Part shown: positions 26,901-32,000 of the stretch, piece by piece
How the letters are laid out: every line of letters begins with the position of its first letter
Position numbering within the stretch: the stretch's first letter is position 1
Assembly (NCBI GenBank): GCA_041674405.1
Contig: JBAYVT010000001.1
Span: 30,001-62,000, forward strand
Origin: Patescibacteria group bacterium
GTDB taxonomy: Bacteria; Patescibacteriota; UBA1384; XYA2-FULL-43-10
Direction of reading: 5' to 3'
DNA: 32,000 nt
The notes under the pieces: generated by a model
The model's database searches: none
What the model saw: the letters and a program-made list of their open reading frames with translations, nothing else
Told to the model about the DNA's origin: nothing
Position numbers and translations under genes: made by a program

Positions 26901-28215
26901 CATCCATTTTGGTTTTCACAATGCGGTTGTTGCTATAGTCAGTGACATAGATGTAACCACTGGATCGGTCATGAGCAATGCCTAGTGGTTGATTAAATCC
27001 AGCCGTACCCCTGCCATTTGTACCATATGCAGTCCACCCCGTACCATCCATTTTGGTTTTCACAATATTACGATTTCCAGAATCAACCACATAAATATTA
27101 CCGCTCCCGGGGTCAAAAACAATACCAGCTGGTTCGGAAAATTTCCCTACTCCACTTCCGTTCGTGCCATATGCAGTCCATTCTGTTCCATCCATCTTGG
27201 TTTTGACAATACGCTTATTGCCAGTATCAGCAACGTAGGCATAATCACCAGTGGCGTCATAAGAAATACCCGATGGGTTTGAGAAATTGCCTACTCCACT
27301 TCCAGTTGTGCCATATGCAGTCCATTCTGTTCCATCCATCTTGGTTTTGACAATACGCTTATTGCCATAATCAGCGACATAGGCGTAATCACCAACCGGA
27401 TCATAGGTAATACCGTATGGGCTACTGAAATTTCCTACTCCACTTCCGTTCGTGCCATAAGTTGTCCATCCCGTACCATCCATCTTGGTTTTGACAATGC
27501 GGTGATTGCCAGTATCAGCAACATAGAGATAGCTATTTGTCGAATCATAAACAATGCTATATGAAAGTCCAAAATTTCCTACTCCACTTCCGTTCGTGCC
27601 GTAAGTTGTCCACCCGGTGCCATCCATCTTGGTTTTGACGATGCGTTTATTGCTGGTATCCATCACATATATATACCCACTAGATGAGTCGTATGCAATT
27701 CCACGTGGATTATTAAAATTTCCTATTCCACTTCCGTTCGTGCCATAAGTTGTCCATCCCGTACCATCCATCTTGGTTTTGACAATGCGGTTGTTACCAT
27801 AGTCTGCAACATAGACGTAACCATTGGCAGCATCATAGGCAATATTATATGGCAAATAAAGCTGTCCACTGGTGTCAATTGAATTTTTTCCATAATCATC
27901 TTTTTGAAAGTCCAAGGAAATAGAGCCTTTGGACGCAGATAGATTATCATTGGTAGCATATTTTAGAGTCTCGGCGCCATCGTAAGTATATTTAAGAGAA
28001 CTTCCCGATCCACCCTCAGCATTCGTAGTTGAGAGGGTGGGAAAGGTACTATCCGTAGAAGCAGTCCCTAACCCAACAGAGTAATCTGCATTATAGCTTC
28101 CATTATCATATGAGGTTCTGAAAGAATCTCCTGCTTTGGTTCCTTTTGTAAATATTGGGAAAATATTGTAGGCTACCAAAAATATGATCGTGAGAGAAAC
28201 GACCAAAATTCCCAA
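23911..28215 (-). CDS. Very large secreted/surface protein: NHL-type beta-propeller repeats + LamG/concanavalin-like region + multiple FN3-like domains
   Basis: 1434 aa; N-terminal hydrophobic segment, twelve NHL-like units, then SWNNVQVLYDGTSGIISLNVNS...MMDNITIT, then repeated beta-sandwich segments (e.g. APTNPSSAHFY..., GVYCSTGVVNIIDGPNVTAGPSSITVSWTT...). The frame stays open to 28245; the real start is probably upstream of the TTG at 28215. Confidence 0.85.
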   Translation of the reverse strand: MGILVVSLTIIFLVAYNIFPIFTKGTKAGDSFRTSYDNGSYNADYSVGLGTASTDSTFPTLSTTNAEGGSGSSLKYTYDGAETLKYATNDNLSASKGSISLDFQKDDYGKNSIDTSGQLYLPYNIAYDAANGYVYVADYGNNRIVKTKMDGTGWTTYGTNGSGIGNFNNPRGIAYDSSSGYIYVMDTSNKRIVKTKMDGTGWTTYGTNGSGVGNFGLSYSIVYDSTNSYLYVADTGNHRIVKTKMDGTGWTTYGTNGSGVGNFSSPYGITYDPVGDYAYVADYGNKRIVKTKMDGTEWTAYGTTGSGVGNFSNPSGISYDATGDYAYVADTGNKRIVKTKMDGTEWTAYGTNGSGVGKFSEPAGIVFDPGSGNIYVVDSGNRNIVKTKMDGTGWTAYGTNGRGTAGFNQPLGIAHDRSSGYIYVTDYSNNRIVKTKMDGTGWTAYGTTGSGVGNFNGPYGIAYDPASDYVYVADYSNNRIVKTKMDGTGWTAYGTVGSGIGNFNHPYGIAYDSVGDYVYVVDYGNNRIVKTKMDGTGWTAYGTNGSGEGNFSNPCYIDYDQVNDYVYVADYSNNRIVKTKMDGTGWTAYGTAGNGTGNFNGPRGITVDSESGNIFVTDYNNHRIVKTKMDGTGWTTYGTNGSGVGNFNYPRGIAYDVTSENIYIVDYQNNRVVQTKIDGSGFLSTFTKEKILFDAQGSTDELRLVYDIFDYRLRMYLTTASRKLVLESQALSLADGSWNNVQVLYDGTSGIISLNVNSTEVASLLDDTPWGNLSCGYYFYIGSRVNSITDRWDGMMDNITITHTGSDTTAPTNPSSAHFYSDSGKTTEFTDSGWGNSASPYITFAGAADEEGGSGIRGYLIYFGTSDSADPVSTSGVLESSGAYHYQAHSGAADTEQHIQVPAGALTSGVTYYLLIKSEDNDLNIQTPATKLFTYSYDGGPPPAPEYINLSPVGCSTTQDFTATWDAPGDSGGAGIAGYDYKNGSQGQVQSTADTTLSLHPYQEGDNVIYIRSKDNAGNVSAYQTGVYCSTGVVNIIDGPNVTAGPSSITVSWTTNKNTKGSVIVYEGNEYLTEQAFGGFDINHNVRVVGLEPERTYRYKVTWMDTSANTGESAWHETTTAVAPGIKNLEVKVLTPTLASVSWTTTYPAKTNLEFGVGDLGQSIVVSDTYSTEFSKELAGLSGGTSYQLRVDATAQDGTRFYGLKDFSTPPIPIISNLRFEPVDDQAYAGMKVTWATNVETTSSVLYGPSGGEQREVATSDMKKDHEISIANLSDNASYTLTASGTDQYGNKATSDTNTFKTALDSRPPKVTELTIESKTGTSSDGGKAQVVVSWRTDETSTSQVEYGEGVSSSNYSSKTQEDGSYSNAHVVIISNLDPTKTYHLRAVSKDKAGNPGTSEDNAVITQKAQQSALNLILEAFQRAFSWIKIFSRY
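26170..27855 (-). repeat. Coding tandem repeat: 11 full units of 144 bp (48 aa) plus one partial unit
   Basis: Consensus xPyGIaYDxxxxYvYVaDysNnRIVKTKMDGTGWTaYGTnGSGvGNFn, exact 48-aa period with no indels among the eleven full units. Confidence 0.92.
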
Positions 28216-28277
28216 AATGCTCTTTTTGTGAATAATTTTTTTTATTTATTCCCCTCACATTTTTTAGTGACAAATAC

Positions 28278-28307
28278 ATTTTAACAAAATGTGGCATATC
28301 TCATCAA
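28278..28307 (-). promoter_or_regulatory. Predicted sigma70-type promoter for the giant gene
   Basis: On the - strand: TTGATG - 18 nt - TAAAAT; SD-like GAGGGG at 28251-28256 lies downstream. Confidence 0.5.
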
Positions 28308-28396
28308 TATTTGAAAGGAAAATGTAACTCATTGCCGTGTACACATGTAAAAATATGCTTACAGAGCGTCTAATTCTTTATTTTTGAATTTTGTAA

Positions 28397-28427
28397 AACA
28401 AAAACCGGCTTTTGCCGGAATTTGTTT
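28397..28427 (-). terminator. Rho-independent terminator after rplO
   Basis: - strand: AAACAAA tt CCGGC AAAA GCCGG TTTTTGTTTT; perfect GC stem followed by a T-run, ~20 nt after the rplO stop. Confidence 0.85.
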
Positions 28428-28444
28428 AGACAAATCGATTGAAA

Positions 28445-28927
28445 TTATTTAGAGCTTTTCTTCGCAGCAGATTTTTTGTCGGATTTAGCGGCTTCCTTTT
28501 TTTCAACCTTTGTTTCAGGCTTTACAAATAAAGAGGCTATGCTTTTGGAAGCTTTGATATCTAGAAGGGAAACCTTGACTGTAAGTTTGCCGTTGTTAAG
28601 TATCTTTGCTTTGCTGCCAGTTTCAATCAGCTTTTTCTCAACAAGTGATTTTAAGCTGACAACCTCGCCATCTTTGTAATTCTTGGAAATGTCGTCGAGG
28701 GAAATAACTCTGGCTTTATCATTAACTGATTTAAAGCCTCGAAGTTTCGGCAGGCGCATTGAAAGCGGTGTTTGGCCACCTTCAAAACGTTTGGGAATAT
28801 TAAAACCAGAACGTGATTTTTGGCCCTTGGTTCCGCGCCCTGCTGTTTTACCTTGTCCCGCAGAAATTCCGCGCCCAATTCGCTTAATGCTTTTTTTGCT
28901 ATATGATTTTAGTGATATTTTTTCCAT
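28445..28927 (-). CDS. rplO: 50S ribosomal protein L15
   Basis: KRIGRGISAGQGKTAGRGTKGQKSRSG, FEGGQTPLSMRLPKLRGF. Confidence 0.95.
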   Translation of the reverse strand: MEKISLKSYSKKSIKRIGRGISAGQGKTAGRGTKGQKSRSGFNIPKRFEGGQTPLSMRLPKLRGFKSVNDKARVISLDDISKNYKDGEVVSLKSLVEKKLIETGSKAKILNNGKLTVKVSLLDIKASKSIASLFVKPETKVEKKEAAKSDKKSAAKKSSK

Positions 28928-28935
28928 GAGTTTGC

Positions 28936-29604
28936 CTATTTTTTAGCTTTAATTTTCGCTTTCGTGTCCTTCTTTGCCGGTTTGCTATTTGGTTTTATTG
29001 GCTCTGCTTTTTTTTCTCCAGTCTTTTCTTCAGCTAATTCAACTTTTACCTCTTTAACCTCAACGCGTTCGCTCTTTTTATCAAAATCTGAGATCTTGTC
29101 AACAACACGTGCACTAAAAGATTGTAAAGCTTTTATCGTGGCAGTAACGTTATTAACTTTGTTTTGGCTCCCCATTGATTTTGCCAAGATATCTGAAATG
29201 CCGGCAAGCTCAACCACGGCACGTACCGAACCACCAGCAACGATGGAAGTACCACTAGAAGCCGGCTTTAGAAGAACGATGGCTGCACCATATTTAGATC
29301 TGACTTCATGCGGAATTGTGCCTTTTATGATAGGAACATTGACTAGGCGTTTCTTTGCTTTGGTAGAAGCCTTTCGAACAGCGTCTGCAACTTCATTTGC
29401 CTTGGCAACACCCATTCCGACGCGGCCTTTTCTGTCACCCAAAACGATCAAAGCTCTAAAACGGATTCTTCGTCCGCCTTTTACAACTCTGGAGATTCTA
29501 GAAACCTCAATCACGCGCTCCTCAAATTCCTTTTCTTCTCGAGGTTTTCTGTCCCTGTGAGCAGATCTTGGCCTCATAATATTTTTTTCAAGTTCTTTGG
29601 GCAT
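28936..29604 (-). CDS. rpsE: 30S ribosomal protein S5 with Lys-rich C-terminal extension
   Basis: FEERVIEVSRISRVVKGGRRIRFRALIVLGDRKGRVGMGVAKANEV, GTSIVAGGSVRAVVELAGISDILAKSMGSQN. Confidence 0.96.
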   Translation of the reverse strand: MPKELEKNIMRPRSAHRDRKPREEKEFEERVIEVSRISRVVKGGRRIRFRALIVLGDRKGRVGMGVAKANEVADAVRKASTKAKKRLVNVPIIKGTIPHEVRSKYGAAIVLLKPASSGTSIVAGGSVRAVVELAGISDILAKSMGSQNKVNNVTATIKALQSFSARVVDKISDFDKKSERVEVKEVKVELAEEKTGEKKAEPIKPNSKPAKKDTKAKIKAKK

Positions 29605-29612
29605 GTTTCCTC

Positions 29613-29933
29613 TTAGATGTTTAAGCCTGATTTTTTTGCTGCTTCTACTAATTCTTTTACCGCACCATGATAGCGATATTCCGATCGGTCCAAAACAACA
29701 CTTTTGACTTTCTTTTCTGCAGCTTTTTTGGCGATCTCTTCGCCGACTTTTCTAGCCATATCGGTAAGCTTGCCATCTCCTGCCTTAAGCGTTGATACAG
29801 CGACCAAGACATTTCCTGTTTCCGAATCGACTATTTGGGCGTACATATTCTTATTTGAGCGTACTACAATAAGCCTTGGCAAATTTTGATTGGCACTGTT
29901 AATTTTCTTGATTTTATTTCGAACGTTTGCCAT
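29613..29933 (-). CDS. rplR: 50S ribosomal protein L18
   Basis: PRLIVVRSNKNMYAQIVDSETGNVLVAVSTL, VVLDRSEYRYHGAVKELVEAAKKSGLNI. Confidence 0.95.
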   Translation of the reverse strand: MANVRNKIKKINSANQNLPRLIVVRSNKNMYAQIVDSETGNVLVAVSTLKAGDGKLTDMARKVGEEIAKKAAEKKVKSVVLDRSEYRYHGAVKELVEAAKKSGLNI

Positions 29934-30497
29934 TTATGCTGCCTTTCCTGCAGACTGAGCAGTTTTACCGGCTTTTCTGCGAATGACTTCTTCACTATAT
30001 TTAATGCCTTTGCCCTTATACACCTCTGGTGGCCTGACTTTTCGGACTTTGGCTGCAAATTCACCAACTTTTTGCCTGTCAATTCCTTCGATAACAATGG
30101 AATTTTTAACCACATTGACCGCAATTTCCTCTGGGATGTCGAGCTTTATCTCGTGTGAATAACCCATGTTGAGAATCAATTCTGTTCCTTCAACCCGAAC
30201 ACGATAACCGGTACCTTTGAATTCGAGTGTCTTTTTGGCACCCTTAGACAAATCAGCAATAATTCCAGAAATAAGGCGGGTTATAAGCCCATGCTGTGAT
30301 TTTTCAAATTTTGAATTTCCATTTCGGCTTGTCGTGATAATACCATTTTCTATCTTTACTTTAATTTCATCCGGCAAATCTAAAATTCTTTCACCTTTTG
30401 TTGATTTTGCAATAAACTTGTTATTTTCAACAGATATTGTGATATTGTCATCAGTTTTAATTGGTCGTTTTCCTAGTCTTGACATATTTCCTACCAA
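29934..30497 (-). CDS. rplF: 50S ribosomal protein L6
   Basis: MSRLGKRPIKT, GTGYRVRVEGTELILNMGYSHEI, GFAAKVRKVRPPEVYKGKGIKY (ORF track start is 11 or fewer codons upstream). Confidence 0.95.
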   Translation of the reverse strand: MVGNMSRLGKRPIKTDDNITISVENNKFIAKSTKGERILDLPDEIKVKIENGIITTSRNGNSKFEKSQHGLITRLISGIIADLSKGAKKTLEFKGTGYRVRVEGTELILNMGYSHEIKLDIPEEIAVNVVKNSIVIEGIDRQKVGEFAAKVRKVRPPEVYKGKGIKYSEEVIRRKAGKTAQSAGKAA

Positions 30498-30868
30498 ATT
30501 TCACAAATTAATTCACCACCGATATTCGTTTTCTTGGCTTCGCGTCCAGAAATCACACCGACTGGCGTTGACATTACGATGAGTCCCAGGCCACGCAAAG
30601 GTTTAGGAATATCGTTGGCTTTGACATAAATGCGCTGTCCCGGCTTACTCAATCTCTTTAAATGCATCATTTTACCAGCGCCAAACGTAACAAGAAGCAT
30701 CTTTTGGTTCTTAACAATTTTTTCAGAAACCGCAGAAATAAACCCTTCCTTTAGGATCACGTCCAAAACCGCTTTCTTGTGTTTCGAGTAAGGCAAAACT
30801 GCTTCGGTTTTTCCGGCGCTTAATGCGTTTTTCAATCTGATTAATAAATCTGCAATTGGATCTGACAT
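30491..30868 (-). CDS. rpsH: 30S ribosomal protein S8
   Basis: MSDPIADLLIRLKNAL, SKPGQRIYVKANDIPKPLRGLGLIVMSTPVGVISGREAKKTNIGGELICEIW. Confidence 0.96.
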   Translation of the reverse strand: MSDPIADLLIRLKNALSAGKTEAVLPYSKHKKAVLDVILKEGFISAVSEKIVKNQKMLLVTFGAGKMMHLKRLSKPGQRIYVKANDIPKPLRGLGLIVMSTPVGVISGREAKKTNIGGELICEIW

Positions 30869-30922
30869 ATTGTCTCTTAAAGTTTAATTGATATATTTTC
30901 TGTGTTTAAAATTCTGTACAAT

Positions 30923-31108
30923 TTACCAGCTGGACTTGGTTACGCCAGGTATTTCTCCACGGCTAGCTCGCTCTCTAAAGCAGATGCGGCACATATCATA
31001 CTTTCTTATGTAAGCACGCGGCCGTCCGCAAAGCTTACATCTTCGTATTTTACGTGTGGAAAATTTTGGCTTTCTATTCGCCTTTACAATCATCGATTCT
31101 TTAGCCAT
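30923..31108 (-). CDS. rpsZ: 30S ribosomal protein S14, type Z (zinc-binding)
   Basis: 61 aa; [40 protein letters not shown]. Confidence 0.96.
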   Translation of the reverse strand: MAKESMIVKANRKPKFSTRKIRRCKLCGRPRAYIRKYDMCRICFRERASRGEIPGVTKSSW

Positions 31109-31662
31109 TATTTGCTCCCTTCTTGTTTTTCAAACGGGAATCCTAGCGCAGAAAGCAATGCCTCACATTCGGCATTATTCTTGGCAGTTGTATTAACATT
31201 TATCTGAAAACCGAAATTCTCGGTTACATTTTCAAATTTAATTTCGGGCATGATTGTATGCTCAGAAATTCCAAGCGAATAATTGCCCCTGCCATCGAAT
31301 CCATTTCGGGACAATCCCTTGAAATCTCTAACGCGTGGAAGAGCGACATTGGCTAGGCGGAAAATAAAATCATACATTTTCTCGCCGCGTAGTGTTACTG
31401 TAAGGCCGACTGGCTGGCCAATTCGCAGCTTAAATGCAGAAACTGCTTTTCTGGATTTGTTGATTTTAGGTTTCTGGCCAGTAATTATTGCCAGGTCATT
31501 CTGAATTTTTTCAATTGCTTTTTCTTCTTCTTTGAATTTGCCAACACCCGAGGATACAACTACTTTTGTAACTTTCGGTGTTCTTTCGATATTGGTAAAA
31601 GAGAGAGTTTTTTTGAGCTCTGGCCTGATCGTGTCATAAAATTTTTCTTTCAAAGCGGTCAT
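31108..31662 (-). CDS. rplE: 50S ribosomal protein L5
   Basis: [69 protein letters not shown]. Confidence 0.96.
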   Translation of the reverse strand: MTALKEKFYDTIRPELKKTLSFTNIERTPKVTKVVVSSGVGKFKEEEKAIEKIQNDLAIITGQKPKINKSRKAVSAFKLRIGQPVGLTVTLRGEKMYDFIFRLANVALPRVRDFKGLSRNGFDGRGNYSLGISEHTIMPEIKFENVTENFGFQINVNTTAKNNAECEALLSALGFPFEKQEGSK

Positions 31663-31982
31663 TACTTGGCTCCTCCCTCAATTGACTGATTGCATTTTTT
31701 GCAAATTCGAATTTTAGCATCATTCTTTATGCTGTATCCGACTCTTCCTGATTTGCCGCAATTCGGGCAAATGACAGCAACATTGGATGCGTCAAGCTTT
31801 TTGTTGATGTCGATTATTCCACCCTGCGGGTTCTTGCGGCTCGGCTTAACATGTTTTTTCATGATATGAACGCCTTTTACAGTAAGTTTATTTTCGGTGG
31901 CAAAAACACTATCAACTATGCCGCTTTTTCCGCGGTCTTTGCCAACTTTTACCAATACATTGTCATTTTTCTTAATTTTCAT
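31662..31982 (-). CDS. rplX: 50S ribosomal protein L24
   Basis: MKIKKNDNVLVKVGKDRGKSGIVDSVFATENKLTVKGVHIMKKHVKPS; C-terminal CPNCGKSGRVGY...RICKKCNQS. Confidence 0.95.
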   Translation of the reverse strand: MKIKKNDNVLVKVGKDRGKSGIVDSVFATENKLTVKGVHIMKKHVKPSRKNPQGGIIDINKKLDASNVAVICPNCGKSGRVGYSIKNDAKIRICKKCNQSIEGGAK

Positions 31983-32000
31983 CGTATTTACTTTATGAAC

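Noticed and set aside
23959-27282. Numerous + and - strand alternative ORFs over the giant gene (e.g. 26029..26391 +, 26989..27282 +)
   Set aside because: They are antisense or out-of-frame shadows of a repetitive, well-supported 1434-aa ORF.
26170-27855. Regular 144-bp direct repeats resembling an array (CRISPR-like or satellite)
   Set aside because: They are in-frame protein repeats (48-aa NHL units) within one ORF, with no spacer/repeat partition of CRISPR size and no cas genes.
28106-28297. Separate small ORF (MPHFVKMYLSLKNVRGINKKNYSQKEHFG...) as an independent gene
   Set aside because: It overlaps the giant gene's start region and predicted promoter, with unremarkable protein content; it matters only as the alternate frame in the A8-slippage hypothesis.

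Overview
The window looks like a low-GC Candidate Phyla Radiation (Patescibacteria)-like chromosome segment. The left third (+ strand) carries a fermentation cluster: a GpmI-family protein, PduL, AckA, and a 3-ORF 2-oxoacid:ferredoxin oxidoreductase. It is followed by two tRNAs (Ala-GGC on -, Val-CAC on +), a poorly characterised accessory stretch, and rpmF-nusB-rnc. From ~10.1 kb to the right edge nearly everything is on the - strand: dacA-like, an RNA pseudouridine synthase, aspS, pheT, pheS, a membrane ORF, rbfA, then rpsI-rplM-rplQ-rpoA-rpsD-rpsK-rpsM-rpmJ-infA-map-adk-secY, a very large surface-protein gene, and rplO-rpsE-rplR-rplF-rpsH-rpsZ-rplE-rplX. uL30 (rpmD) is absent. No CRISPR array, defence system or mobile element is supported. 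The observations most worth follow-up are: (1) a GpmI-like protein that keeps the fold signature but appears to have lost the phosphoglycerate-binding residues and two metal ligands; (2) a ~4.3 kb gene for a secreted NHL/LamG/FN3-like protein with exactly periodic 48-aa (144-bp) repeats, inserted between rplO and secY and bracketed by its own terminator and promoter signals; (3) unusually trimmed aminoacyl-tRNA synthetases (PheS without the N-terminal coiled coil, AspS without the GAD insertion); (4) a duplicated tRNA-Ala 3' end; (5) a probably near-leaderless infA transcript; and (6) a short ORF with strongly elevated GC. All family assignments come from motif recognition; no database search was run.
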